A stretch of DNA of 64,000 nt from contig OZ361259.1 of assembly GCA_977018835.1 (NCBI GenBank), positions 1,116,001 through 1,180,000 on the forward strand, read 5' to 3'. The notes beneath the pieces are model-generated. The model saw nothing but the letters and a program-made list of their open reading frames with translations. It made no database searches and had not been told where the DNA came from. How positions within the stretch are numbered: position 1 is the stretch's first letter; each line of letters begins with the position of its first letter. Made by a program: the position numbers and the translations under genes. This document shows, one piece after another, positions 36,120-48,368 of the stretch. The stretch comes from Minutocellus sp. GHC0000111 (lineage: Eukaryota).

Positions 36120-36809
36120 ATGGGAAACACAGAGCCAAGCGAGCACGACGACCTGGACGACTTCTTCGCCTCTGACTCATTAGAGCGCTCATCGACAGTA
36201 AAAGCCGTGACCAAATCACACAAAACAAAAACAGCAGTTTCCACCAACGACCGCACGGCTGAACTGGCCAAGCTTCCCACGAAGCGACCGAGACGATCCA
36301 ACTCCCCCTCGCAGGGCGTTCGGTCGGTTGGTTGTTGTTTTCTCCAACGTCGAAACGCGAGAGTGCGAGCGCATCGTCGGCGATCACGACGATCTGCTCG
36401 GCCCACCCCTCGCCATCGGTTGGTCCCACAATGTGCACGACGCGGTCGATCTGGACAAGCACGAGGAGGACCGGGCCAACACGCGCAAGCCCGAATGCGA
36501 GCTCATCCTCACCCCCCCAACGGCCGACGACATTTGTTGATGAATGAATTTGGCATCAGTGCCGATCACATCACCCAGGCCGAGCGCATGCTGGCCGAAC
36601 AACGACGCACGAACGAGCTGGCGGCAAGTGCCTCCGAGGCCTCCGAGAGGAAGAAGAAGGAGCGCAGCGGGAGCGCGTCCTCTCTCTCTCTCAAGAGAGC
36701 CCGACGAAAGATTGGCAAGCGATTAAGCTTGGACCGGGCCGCCGACATCGGTTCCAGCTTGGTTGCCATGTCCAGCCCGTTCAGTTCCGTGCATGCCAGT
36801 GCCAGATAA
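36120..36809 (+). pseudogene. Diatom-type hypothetical protein, frameshifted (copy B)
   Basis: Copy of 2745-3434. Confidence 0.55.
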
Positions 36810-37390
36810 ATGGTGTGATGGTCCATTCAAAAAAGGCCTGCTTTGGGAAGAGTGACTCTCTCTCAGGAAAAAGCACCGGTGCATCATGTGCAGAAAACCA
36901 AAGAGACAATTTAGATTGAACATAATCACTTTATAGCTAGAACATTTGCAATCGATATATTAAGCCGCACAACAACAAAAGGAAAGCCACGCCGCAAAAT
37001 GTGCTTGGATGACGCCGACGGCGAGGTTCGAAAGGGTTCAAAGAAATTAGAAACTCTTAACGCGCAACGTATATTAATACTGACAAAGTGAAAATAATTA
37101 TTTTACATGTAATTACTTGATAACTAATTCATCCGAACTCCGCATCGTTGATGATGTGCTCAACGACGTCCTTTGTTCCCCACCAGCCAGCCAGCCAGCC
37201 AGCCAGCCACCACTCTGTGTGCGACGAAATCAAAAACGGCGTGCCCTGCCCTCTGCTTTGCTCCCGCTCAGTCCCTTTGGCCCTTACCAGATACCAGATA
37301 CAAGGCAATAGGCGGCTGGATTGGACACTCGAAGCAGTTATCATGTCTCTTGTCCATCCCATCAATCCATAGCTGAGCAGATATTGAAAC

Positions 37391-38325
37391 ATGGTGGTCT
37401 ACCGCCACGACAAGCGAGCGGGCAATTTTGGTGACGTTCACAAACACATCGCTCTGCTCTCTGCCCTGTCGGCGACCACTGCAGCAGCATCAAATCGAAA
37501 AGCATTGTACATCGAAACTCATGCCGCATCTGGTTCGTACGAGAGTACGTCAAGCAAGTCCGAGGACACGGGAGTCGGCCGAGTGCTGGCCGCCGTTGAG
37601 TCACATGCTTTTTGTCACAAGACATCCAGGCATATGCGGATGCGATCAAAAGATATCGTAATGGCGGGGCAAAATCAAAGCATCGATATCCAGGTTCGCC
37701 AGTGCTGGCCCTCTCGTGCTTGCGGTCAGGAAGAGATGAAGAAATGTGCGCGGAATATCTGCAAGACGTTGCAAATGAATTGTCACATACTCTCACTACA
37801 TATCAAGAGGAAAATGACACATCGGTAGCGACGACAGTAGAAGTAGGAGATGGATACGCTGCCATGCGAAGGAAGTTGGCCAGCCTGACCAAAAATGACG
37901 AAGATGCAAAGAGCACGGTGCCGTTTATTCTTATCGACCCGCTATATACGGACCTACAAAGTGAGCTGGACGATGTACCAATGGCAACCAGAGATTGTAT
38001 CGCTGCGTCATCGGAGTCCATCATAATGATATGGTATCCAATCAAGAAGGGTCGTGACGACATCCTCTTGTCGTGGAAGGGAGACCTCGCGTCAGCTATC
38101 CGAGGAAAGCCGCATCGTCTCGTGCTTAGTGAAATCTGGACCAGTTCGCGAACAAACCAATCAAATGGATGCAAAGAGGACGCTCTGGTGGGATCAGGGA
38201 TAGCACTAATTCATCGCCATGACGACGTGACTGATAAATTGATGTCTTTGACCAAGGGGCTCAACGATATTCTGTCTTCTGATGATAAGCAAAGAATTGG
38301 GAGCTGGAGTGTGTTGGAATGCTAG
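37391..38325 (+). pseudogene. rlmJ: RlmJ-like methyltransferase, frameshifted (copy B)
   Basis: Copy of 8822-9756 with the same T5 frame break. Confidence 0.78.
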
Positions 38326-38496
38326 CTCGAGTATCTACATCTATGCTTTGCTCTACAGAATGATTTGCAATATGCTAGCTCCAGGGCATCATATGCGAAG
38401 TTTTCGGTGCGATGAAGGTGCTATTCAGTACATGATCGATGCGAGGCGATCTCGTTAGGTAATTACTACGTAGTATGTAAAATATAGACTTTTTCA

Positions 38497-39135
38497 TTAG
38501 AAAATGTAGACCGAACCGTCCGCTGTTTTGCAGCTAAGGTTGTCTTCTAGGCATGTTCCACAGCATGGCCAGTAGTAATCGAAGTCAAAGTCTTCCGGGA
38601 CGGTGCATGTTGGGTCAACTGGAATCGACTGGCAAGTTTTTGGTCCGCATATGTCGCACGTTGCCACGTTGCCGTCGGCATCCGTCCGGCCTTCGCAGTC
38701 ACGGTCGCTCTGGCATCCAGAGTCGAAGAGATCACCGATCGGCTCGCCACATCGGCTTGTGACGCACTGAGGAGGTAGTGCTGCGTCGCCTGTTGGTTCA
38801 CCCAGGTCCTCATCCGGTGGGACACAGACTCCTGCCATGCACGTGAGGCCTGGAACATACGAAGAGTCGCAGGAAATGATTGTTTTACCCCTGAATTTTG
38901 TCTCACAGCACGCGCTACCGACGGCAGCACAGGTGCTTCCAGCAGACGCAGTTCCGTCATTTCCACCGCCGCCGTTTGGGTTGCCGCCGCCGTTGCCACC
39001 GCCGTTGCCTCCCCTGGCGAGGGCCCTGGCAATGGAGCGAAGATGATGACGGATTGCCGGCTCGTCCGAATGAGCAGCAGCAATGCCGGTAACCGACAAG
39101 CCTGAAAGCATGAGGGCTGCTTTCGAAAGATTCAT
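38497..39135 (-). CDS. Secreted Gly/Cys-rich protein (copy B)
   Basis: Same protein as 9928-10566. Confidence 0.75.
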   Translation of the reverse strand: MNLSKAALMLSGLSVTGIAAAHSDEPAIRHHLRSIARALARGGNGGGNGGGNPNGGGGNDGTASAGSTCAAVGSACCETKFRGKTIISCDSSYVPGLTCMAGVCVPPDEDLGEPTGDAALPPQCVTSRCGEPIGDLFDSGCQSDRDCEGRTDADGNVATCDICGPKTCQSIPVDPTCTVPEDFDFDYYWPCCGTCLEDNLSCKTADGSVYIF

Positions 39136-39298
39136 CTGGTTGAAAGTGAATGAAACACAGTAGCGTTGCTTTTTGGGACTTGCTATGAATGGGTGAGAGC
39201 TCTCGTCCCGCTTTATGCTTTGGTAATGGAATTATTACGAGTATCCGCCAATTCGTTGTGCTTTGACTGCCAACCTTTAGCTTTCTGCCAACCCATTT

Positions 39299-40989
39299 TA
39301 TTCACGGGTCAACAAAGTAGGGTTTGAGGAGACAAGCGATGATTTCAAAAAGAAAGATGCCTTTGCCTGGTCCCGAATCTGCCGAACTCGGGATCAAATC
39401 CCAGACCGCGACCCATACGTACGCAAATTGCCCTCCCAATCGACCATTATGCCCCTTGCAATGGCACCAAACACCGTATCTCCCTGCAATCTCACACATA
39501 ATCAGCCTTCTATGGTCCCAAGGTAACGTGGTGTCACCCCGATAAACACCAACTTGCAAAGATGGGCACATGCGCTCACAAAAACCGTCGCGGTGGGCGG
39601 GAGAAATGGTGAAGTCGGAAATGTCGTCAAAAATGAGGTATTTGGCTAATATCTCGTGAGATACACCTTCGTGCCCCGGAAAAGTCGTGCTCATTCGATC
39701 GGCATAGTTCATGGGTAGACTGTTGTCGAGGAACCAACACTTGATTGGCAAGGTGTGTCGCGAATTCGCATGCTTGACTGCCGAAATTGGGCCCAAATCC
39801 GACATTTGCCGCAAAAAGAGGTATTTGGCGTTTATCTCGTGAGATACAGCTTCATGCCCCGGAAAAGTGATGATCGTTCGATCCACATAGTGTGTGGGTG
39901 AACCGCTGTCAAGAAACCAACACTCAACTTGCAACCAGTGTCAAGAACTCGCATGTTCCATCCATCCCTGACAATCGTCAAATTGCCCGCCAAAACAGTT
40001 TTTGGTGTCTATTTCTTCAGATAAACCTTCCAGCCCCCAGTTCAACCATATCATTCGTTATATTTGGCCTATGGGTGGAGTTTGATGTGATGGTTTGAAC
40101 GGAATTCGTTGTGAGTGGTCGAGAACTCAATCACGACAAGCCCAAAATATCGTCGGAAAACGAAAAATACGGTATCTGTGGTATATTTCATGTTTTAGGC
40201 CTCGACACCAGGATATTATCCTATCATTCGTCGGTGTGGGTCCATAGGTGGAGGTTCGTGCAGTAGTTTGAAGGGATTTATTGGCTGTGTCGACAATGAG
40301 CGTGCTACACGTCCCCAGGAATGAGCTGGGTGGGGGCTTCGGGGCCAGTTTGGGGCGTAATTCTTGCCAAATAGGCCTCGAGACCAGGATTGCACCATTC
40401 AAATCTTTTGTGTTGGTATAGGAGTTGGTGTTGATGCGGTAGTTTGCTGGCAGTTGGCCAGTGGGATGGAGGATTGTCGAGTAAGATGCCCAAAAATGGC
40501 TCGAAACGAGATTTTGGGGGTTGTCGGAGAGGTGGAGGGGGCGATATCTGGACAATCAAGCGAAAAGACCAGCACAAATTGGCTTCATTTGATTGATATG
40601 GTCCCATGCCAGTATATCGAGCCTTAGGCGAAGGTTTGGTTGGAGGCCTGGCCACTAACTGTGTCCAGAGCAGCACGTGAGGGTAGGTGACAGCGGATTT
40701 TGGGCATTCTAAGAGGAGTGATTGGGTTCAATTCTCGGCCTTATGGGCAAGATTTACTGTGCACTTTCCTTCCGTTACATACGGATATACCGAAAGGGTG
40801 ACGTGAGCGCTTGGGCAGAGGTTTGGGCTATGGACTTGTGCTCAACGCTGAGTATTTCTGCTTGTTAGGGTCAGCGCGGCGTGGCAGGAGGGCCAACCTT
40901 GCCAAGGGAGAGTGGTGATAGATTGGCATGCCGACGCAACCAAGAGTGTTCTATTAGCTTTAGTTGCACTATATATGCATGTAAGATGT
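39299..40989. mobile_element. Putative non-autonomous element (copy B)
   Basis: Copy of 10730-12420. Confidence 0.35.
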
Positions 40990-41787
40990 TAGTTTTTCAT
41001 AAATGATCTTAACCTGTTTACTCTATGAAACTCAGTAGTCGTAATCATCTGTAGTAGTTGCAACGGGGCTATCAGGGCCCGGCCCGACCTTGCTCTCTGA
41101 CATTGGTAACGTCTGCCAATCAAGCAATTCTACTGCAGCTACTACCGATAGAATCCCACTAGATTTATATGCGGATGGGGCGCTACGCGAATAAACAATA
41201 TTGAGGTCGTGATTATTTGTTGCGCTACAAGCCCTGACTCTTCGTCGAGGTCGATGACCATCGAGATTTACGATAACATCGTCGAATTTTCACATCGATT
41301 TGCCTCCATTACTTCTACACCAGTACAAAGAACCCTTTGTGATCATTTTGATCGCTCAGGTATATCAAGAGACGCCGATTGATACGCTTCCAATGCAGTA
41401 GTTATGATTCATCCCAACTTTTCCATGTAATGTTAGACTCAGCGCCCCGCGAATTCTGACGTCAACCTCCTCGAAACATTCACATTAGAATCACAAGCCT
41501 CAGCAGCAAGCGCATGAAACTTTCCATCAAAGAGCCACCTCATATCATGTGTAGGTGGAGATAACCTACTGGTGAGGTGATTCGACTTACATGGGCACAC
41601 ACAAACTATCGTCACGTTGGTGAGTTTGACCTCCCAGAAAGACAAAATTCATGCTCCAAAAATTACAACATGAAATAGTTTGGCCGAACTATTGGATTTG
41701 AGAATCACTATATACAGTTGAGTAAAGCTATAAATATTTTCTAGTTCACAGAGGCCGATTTTCGCCTAATGATTTGAATTTATGCTA

Positions 41788-44100
41788 TCATGTCTGGTTT
41801 TCAACAAGAATCGATTCAGGATTCCGCCTTAGAAGCTCAAAGATTGCGCTCACGTACGCCTCGCCTCTCTCTTCAAAGTCATCTCTGTCCTTTCCAGCTT
41901 CTTGGCAAAGTAGATACACCGGAAACATGCCAGCTTTATTTCGTGTCCGGAGCGCCAGGGGGTATGCACTGACTAGAGATGGGATACACTGCAAATTGCC
42001 GCTGATGCACGCCTTGTGCAAAGGTAGATCGCCATCATTATCGACCTGCTTGGGTAAGAAATCAAAGTCAACGGCGTGCTCATATTGATACCCAATGTCC
42101 CCTATCAGGAGTTCCGTGAAGGCATGTTCTCGATGATACTGACAACCAAGATGGAATGGAAGGCGTGCGCTGTTGTCTTTCATAATCATCAGCGCTTGGC
42201 CTTGGAGCAAGAGCATTTCGATGATTTCAGGACGAGCACCATTCTGGAAAGCGAGATGCAAGGGCGTTTTTCCTTCCTGATCTTTTTCACTCAATGCAGC
42301 GGGATATTTGTTCATCAAGTCTTTGATAAATTCCACATCAAGATCGTGTGACACAGCGAGATGGAGTGGCAAGCGACCGTGATTGTCTTTTGTTTCAATG
42401 ATGGAGCGTTCTTTGTCCCCAAAACTCGAATCGTCATAAATGTAGTTGCACTCTCGACGGAAATGATCAAGCTGAATGACTTCTGTCGAAAGGCTTTCTT
42501 CCCGGTCAATTTTATCATCAACAAGGAGAGCATGTAGAAGAAAATTGCCATGATTTTCAACGTATGACTCATATCGTTTCTCCAGCAAGTACTGGAATGC
42601 ATCTTTATTATCACTCCTGGTTGAACAGTGCAAGGGCAGCCCGAGGACGCTGTGGCGATGATCAATCGATCCCGGGTATAGCTCTGTCAGATGCTTCAAA
42701 AGGTTTGTACTGCATCCAGCCTTACAAGCGCAATGTATCGGCAGCCCAAACTCGCTCGATACATGCCGAATGGCGTTAAGTTGGTTTAACTTTGAAAGCG
42801 TTTCTTTGGCTTCGTCGCAAGAGTACTCGCGCGACCAATCGTGTTGGCAAAAAATATGCATAACGTTTCGTTCTTCCGCATCCAGGCGACTTATTGAGTA
42901 CGGCAGTTGTTCAGCCAAGAAAAGAAGGGCATTGTGCCCTCTGTGCTTGAATTCAGAGTTTGCAACTAAGATTTGGATTGGATATCTCCCGTCTCTAGCT
43001 GCCGTATGGATTGCAGTAGGAAAGCATTTTATCAATAACTCGAATAAATCGACCAAATATGTTGGAAAATCAGATGTGCAGGCAGAGTGAAGCGGCAGAA
43101 AGCCATCAATGTTTGCCATTCCAATCGCGGTAGGGTAGGTCTGCATAAGAAAGATCAAAACATCTCCACTTTGGTCGCCTGCTCCTGCATGATGAAGGGG
43201 CAGTGCCTGGTTTGCATCTCTCTGATGAATTAGAAATGGGTAGAGGTCGTGCATCTTCTTGATTATTTCAAGAGGACCTGTCCTGCACGCACAGTGAAAC
43301 GGTGTCATCACTCTTTCGCCCCCAGCATATTTTGCGACGGCTGGGTCTCTCTCAAAAAGAAAGTTGGCGATAGTGTGATCCCTTGAGGATTCAATTGCAA
43401 CATCCAATGGAGTCAGCCCTTCATTATTCCGCACATTTGTGCTCTCAGGGTGCTTTTCTACCAGATACATCACTGTTTCCAGCATGCAGTCATTTGGTGA
43501 ACAATGGCGACATGCCATGTGGATAGGCAATTCCTGGAAAATACAAGAAGCAACTTGTAGCATCCCTGTGTTGCACTCAACCAACATCTCAATCCAGTCT
43601 TTCGGCGACTTCTTAAATCTATCCAAAATAAAATGTATGGGAAGCTTCCCATCTGAAGCTGGCTCCATCGCCAAGGTGCGATCGTTTTCTAAGACCAACC
43701 TCAGCAAGTCTAGAGAAGTCCCCTCGGTCCAAGTTGCACAAATGACATGAATGGGGAGCAAACCCTCCTGTGGGGTTCGTAAGGCCAACAAGGAAGGGTT
43801 TACCTTGAGAAGTATCTCCACCAATGTAACAGAAACTTGATTTCTCTTACAAATGTGATGCAAAATAGGATTCGTTGGACAACGCCCAGGTCTTTGGACC
43901 TCAAGTGCCGTTGGTGATGTTCTAACCATCTCTTGAAAGAGTTTAATGGCATCGGGATCATCGCCCCATTCTAGAACATTTTGGCAAAAACTGCTGATCT
44001 CAGGGGTCATAAATAGAATGAAATGCCGCGCTTTGCTGTTAGACACCGGCTCCTCGCAGTCATGACTATCACCTCGTGTTGCTGCTTGCGCTCGCTGCAT
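41788..44100 (-). CDS. Ankyrin-repeat protein (copy B)
   Basis: Same protein as 13219-15531. Confidence 0.9.
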   Translation of the reverse strand: MQRAQAATRGDSHDCEEPVSNSKARHFILFMTPEISSFCQNVLEWGDDPDAIKLFQEMVRTSPTALEVQRPGRCPTNPILHHICKRNQVSVTLVEILLKVNPSLLALRTPQEGLLPIHVICATWTEGTSLDLLRLVLENDRTLAMEPASDGKLPIHFILDRFKKSPKDWIEMLVECNTGMLQVASCIFQELPIHMACRHCSPNDCMLETVMYLVEKHPESTNVRNNEGLTPLDVAIESSRDHTIANFLFERDPAVAKYAGGERVMTPFHCACRTGPLEIIKKMHDLYPFLIHQRDANQALPLHHAGAGDQSGDVLIFLMQTYPTAIGMANIDGFLPLHSACTSDFPTYLVDLFELLIKCFPTAIHTAARDGRYPIQILVANSEFKHRGHNALLFLAEQLPYSISRLDAEERNVMHIFCQHDWSREYSCDEAKETLSKLNQLNAIRHVSSEFGLPIHCACKAGCSTNLLKHLTELYPGSIDHRHSVLGLPLHCSTRSDNKDAFQYLLEKRYESYVENHGNFLLHALLVDDKIDREESLSTEVIQLDHFRRECNYIYDDSSFGDKERSIIETKDNHGRLPLHLAVSHDLDVEFIKDLMNKYPAALSEKDQEGKTPLHLAFQNGARPEIIEMLLLQGQALMIMKDNSARLPFHLGCQYHREHAFTELLIGDIGYQYEHAVDFDFLPKQVDNDGDLPLHKACISGNLQCIPSLVSAYPLALRTRNKAGMFPVYLLCQEAGKDRDDFEERGEAYVSAIFELLRRNPESILVENQT

Positions 44101-44256
44101 GATGCTGATGCGATGATGATGGGCGAATTTCAGGGGACAGACAGACAGACCATTTTTTCTGAGCCGTCCGTCTCGCTAAGCAACTTGCTCTATTCTCAAC
44201 TGCCACTCAATCGTCGCTGGTGTGTGTTCTTGCTGAAGAAGAGCACCAAAGAAGTC

Positions 44257-45540
44257 ATGAGGGTATTTGCCTTATCCTCATTGGTATGCGCTGGCATCGC
44301 TTCTTTGCCAGAAGATGCCCAGGCGTTCGTTTCCAGCACATTGCCAGCAGCCATCGTAAGTAGCGGACGCAGCCTTCGTGACCATGCAGATGTAGGAAGC
44401 TCGATAGGCGTATGCAACAATGTGCAGAGAGATAGAATATATGGCGCCAAACATTTAAAGCGCAGTTTAGTGCTGTATGCCGCCAAACGAGGTGGGGCCA
44501 TGGCACGGAAGAAGAGCAAGGAACAGGGCGGCAAAACCGGCACAAGCTCGGACAGTAGCGGAGGAGGCTTCGGCGGCACCAGCAGCAAGCCCACGGACGC
44601 ATCCATGAGCGGACTTCAGGGCAGCCGATCTCAACAGGGTGAAGGCGGACGAGAAATCTACTCCCTTCCAGCATTGTACGATTTGGCCTTTGGTTATCGC
44701 AACTACGAGGAGGAGGTGGACTTCTTGTTGAACGCCCATCGGAAGTATTCGGGACAGGAAAGCACGAATGGGCCAAGCGACATTTTGGAATTGGCGGTAG
44801 GTCCTGCGCGTCATTCCATAAGTTGTTTGAGAGAGAATGGAGGAAAGATCAAATCAGTAACTGCCGTAGATTTGTCCTCTGATATGGTTCAATATGGCAA
44901 GGAGAATGCTGATCAGGAGCTCGGCGATGCCGGAACCGGTGGACTTCGAGATGCCTTCAGCTATTTGCAGGAGGACATGAGATCCTACTGTCTTGGCGAC
45001 GGAAAAGAGTCTCGAAGGGAGTCTTTGGACTCTGCATGGATATTGCTAGGATCGATGCAGCACTTAGTGACCAACGATGATGTCATCGATTGTTTCCAAT
45101 CTACTGCCAACGCCCTTCGTCCAGGAGGGACGCTGATCATCGAGCTTCCTCATCCGAGAGAAACCTTTACCATGGTAGAGTGCACTCGCAATGGATGGGA
45201 GGTGCCCCTGGAAGATGACGAGGGGACCGAGTATGGCGAGCTCAAGGTGATTTGGGGCGACGACGATGATCCGTTCGACCCCATCCGTCAGGTGCGCGAC
45301 TTTACCGTGGCGTTGGAGCTGACTGGAGTTGATGAGAATGATACCAGCGGTGAAATGAAGAAGTTGCAGAGCGTGAAAGAGGTGGTTCCCATGCGATTGT
45401 TCACTGCTCAGGAAATGGATGCCCTGGCGAGATGCGCTGGACTTCGTGTGGTGGCCATGTATGGCGCCCTTAGCGAGGAGGTTGCCGTTGACAGTGACAA
45501 CGAGGCATTCAGATTGGTGTGCATCATGAGAAAGGAATAG
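44257..45540 (+). CDS. SAM-dependent methyltransferase (copy B)
   Basis: Copy of 15688-16971 with a V/M difference (VVPMRLF). Confidence 0.85.
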   Translation: MRVFALSSLVCAGIASLPEDAQAFVSSTLPAAIVSSGRSLRDHADVGSSIGVCNNVQRDRIYGAKHLKRSLVLYAAKRGGAMARKKSKEQGGKTGTSSDSSGGGFGGTSSKPTDASMSGLQGSRSQQGEGGREIYSLPALYDLAFGYRNYEEEVDFLLNAHRKYSGQESTNGPSDILELAVGPARHSISCLRENGGKIKSVTAVDLSSDMVQYGKENADQELGDAGTGGLRDAFSYLQEDMRSYCLGDGKESRRESLDSAWILLGSMQHLVTNDDVIDCFQSTANALRPGGTLIIELPHPRETFTMVECTRNGWEVPLEDDEGTEYGELKVIWGDDDDPFDPIRQVRDFTVALELTGVDENDTSGEMKKLQSVKEVVPMRLFTAQEMDALARCAGLRVVAMYGALSEEVAVDSDNEAFRLVCIMRKE

Positions 45541-45967
45541 ACAATGCGATACTAGGAATTCTATTATGCATCGCAATACGGTACATAAAATGGTGGCTGA
45601 ATAGAAGCTGTTGGTACATGAAGAACCTTGTACCGCTCGACAGGTCAAAAATACTAGTACAAGGTCTTTCTAAATCACGTGGCACAAAAAAGCCGGCTTC
45701 TACGTACGTATGTCCGTACTGCAGTACGACATTCCACCCAGTCAATAAAAAAATGCGCCAACGTGCACCCCCTTTGGCGGCAATGACGGCGCCACAAGAC
45801 ATGACTGCATGCGCCGCCCAATCGCCTGAACATACAACAAAATAAGCAGAACCAGAAGCCAAGCGAGTCAAGAAGTTACTCATTTACTTGGTTCGTTGCC
45901 TTGGCCACCAGACCAGTGAACTGCTTTCTCAAGGAACATCGCCATTCCAATCGAAGTAGGAATCCCT

Positions 45968-47446
45968 ATGCAGCACGAACACGAACACAAGCAGCAGGAC
46001 GTAGGCCACAGTCCCCTCCGCTTCGGAGGCAAAGCCTCGCATTACCACGCGGCCGCCCTATCGTCCGCCGAGGCTGACGGCAATGACGAAGAAGCCTTCG
46101 GCAGGGGTGGCGGCGATGCGTGCAATCGGAGCGTCGACTCAGCGTCGTGCTGGTCCGAGTCCGAACTGTCGTCGGCGGCGTACCCCCCGCTAAGTCCGCA
46201 GGCACAGAGCGCGATACAGGCGTCGAGGCGAAGATTTTTCATAACGGTCGCCTTGCTGGTGCTGGGAGCAGTGGTGCTGTATGTCAGCGGGTATCGGGCG
46301 GGGGAGCGGCACGAGCACGAACAGATGGTAGCGGCACTGGGTGCTAGCGGTACTGGCATTGATGCCGATGGGTCGATAGTGGCTGATGAAAGTCTCCTCG
46401 ATGCTGACGACGATACCATCGAAGAATTGACGGTGGAAGAAACGAATGATTTGGACATGGACGAGATAATAGAAGAAGCCGAGGAGGAGGCCGAAGAAGA
46501 GCTAGCACTGGAGACGACGAAACAGCGGCCGCAAGAGGGCAATGGCAATGGCAATTACAATGACAATTTCAACCTTCCACAAAACTACCAAAAATTCCTA
46601 ATCTTTGCCGAACAACGCTCCGGATCGCGATTCTTAACTGACCTGTTGGACGATCACGACCAAATAATATGCGGAAACGAAGAATTGAACCACAAGGACA
46701 CGTCCATGAATCTGAAGCACATGACCATTGAGGAGTACATGAAGCTGCTGGAGGAAACCTATGACGACGTATTTCAGAGCAAGGTCGCGCTATCGTCGGC
46801 AAATGCCAATGATGGTAGCCTCGTCGTTGGCTACAAGGTCATGTACAATCAGGGTGTTACGCACTTTGGTAAGGATCTAATGGCCAGACTTGATGAGGCG
46901 GGAATCAAGGTAATCCATCTTATCCGTCGGAACAAATTGCTCCAGTACATAAGCTTTGCATCCAACGAGAAGGACAAGCATCTGATGGCCGACAAGGAGA
47001 AGGCTGCGGAGCTTGCCGCTGCTGCAGCGGCGGCATCAGCGGAGGGAGAAGGGGTTCCTTTGAAGCACCAGGCTCATCCGAAGACCAAGGAGGATGCACA
47101 GAGGATACGGGACGAGCTTACCATCAGCGGGAAACATCCCGACAAGATCCTAAGCTTCATGGAGGCGCGGGAGGCCGACGACAAGGCAGTCTCCAACTTG
47201 GTATCGACATATTTGGACACGGCCAACTATGCCTTTGTCGATTACGAAGATTTGAGCCGTGAGACCGAGAAACAGATGGAGCGGCTGTTTGCATTGCTCG
47301 GGGTGGAGCAGCGCAAGGTGCAAAGCCAAATGGAGAAGATTCATGAAGGGAAGCTGACCAGAGACTATTTCAAGAAGGGACAGCAAGATGCGGTTAAGGA
47401 GGCACTGGAGAAGTCCGAATTCCGTTGGATGCTTGATGGCTGGTGA
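45968..47446 (+). CDS. Sulfotransferase (copy B)
   Basis: Same protein as 17399-18877. Confidence 0.82.
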   Translation: MQHEHEHKQQDVGHSPLRFGGKASHYHAAALSSAEADGNDEEAFGRGGGDACNRSVDSASCWSESELSSAAYPPLSPQAQSAIQASRRRFFITVALLVLGAVVLYVSGYRAGERHEHEQMVAALGASGTGIDADGSIVADESLLDADDDTIEELTVEETNDLDMDEIIEEAEEEAEEELALETTKQRPQEGNGNGNYNDNFNLPQNYQKFLIFAEQRSGSRFLTDLLDDHDQIICGNEELNHKDTSMNLKHMTIEEYMKLLEETYDDVFQSKVALSSANANDGSLVVGYKVMYNQGVTHFGKDLMARLDEAGIKVIHLIRRNKLLQYISFASNEKDKHLMADKEKAAELAAAAAAASAEGEGVPLKHQAHPKTKEDAQRIRDELTISGKHPDKILSFMEAREADDKAVSNLVSTYLDTANYAFVDYEDLSRETEKQMERLFALLGVEQRKVQSQMEKIHEGKLTRDYFKKGQQDAVKEALEKSEFRWMLDGW

Positions 47447-47862
47447 ATTTTACTACATGTAGGAATTCCTACTGGTAAATATATGGATTGCTCAATGCAT
47501 TGCTTGATTGCTCAATGGGAGGGTATCGTATAAGAGTGTCTAGTGTTAGTAGATCTCGGCGATCCGGATACACGTATCGGCAGATGATAGGTCAATTACA
47601 CGGTGAGTCTACGTAGAAATGTTGCCTGCTCCTCCGTCGAAGGTTCGCACCCATTCATGCGAACCCTTGGTCTTGACACGCTCAAAAGTCGCATGTTCCT
47701 CGACGAAGAATCCAGGCTTCCACTTTGAGCCCCATCACTGCTCTCACTCTTTATTCGCGCTCTGTCTCCTGATTCTCTCACCAGTCCATATTTTTATCTT
47801 ACTGCCTCGATCCCAATTCCTTGCCTCTGGCTCCTTATCACACATCAGATATTCCCACCAAG

Positions 47863-48186
47863 ATGAACCTTTCTAACATACTCCTCTTTCTTGCTCTCTA
47901 CTTGCGAGTATCGGCATTTTCGCCAAGCCTGAAGAAGACACGATCTACTCATCTGAGTTACAATATCGTCATGCCCCCCGAAGATGACACCGAGAACGAG
48001 GAGTCTGTCTTTGAGCGCAAAAGAAAGGAGAAGGCCGACGAGGATGCCCACTTTCGCGAGAGATGCGACGCCGAGGGAATAAACCTGAGCGAAATCGATC
48101 GGGCAGTGACTCCCGATATGCATAACAACCCCATGGGCAGCCTTATGCCTGGCGTCCATCTCACTGCGTTGTGTGGAGACGATTAG
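47863..48186 (+). CDS. Small plastid-targeted protein (copy B)
   Basis: Copy of 19294-19617. Confidence 0.7.
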   Translation: MNLSNILLFLALYLRVSAFSPSLKKTRSTHLSYNIVMPPEDDTENEESVFERKRKEKADEDAHFRERCDAEGINLSEIDRAVTPDMHNNPMGSLMPGVHLTALCGDD

Positions 48187-48368
48187 ACGTTGTCATTTTA
48201 AAGGTTTGTCAACGACACAAGCAGGCTACTTTCCCCAGTAGGAGAAGGGGATCGATGGCTGCAAATTCCGTAGCTTTATATATTTCGAGAGCGTTTTGCT
48301 TTGTAAATTAGATATGCATGCAGATACATGTGCATTGTTGGTTATTCTTTTGAGTTACATGGTGTGAG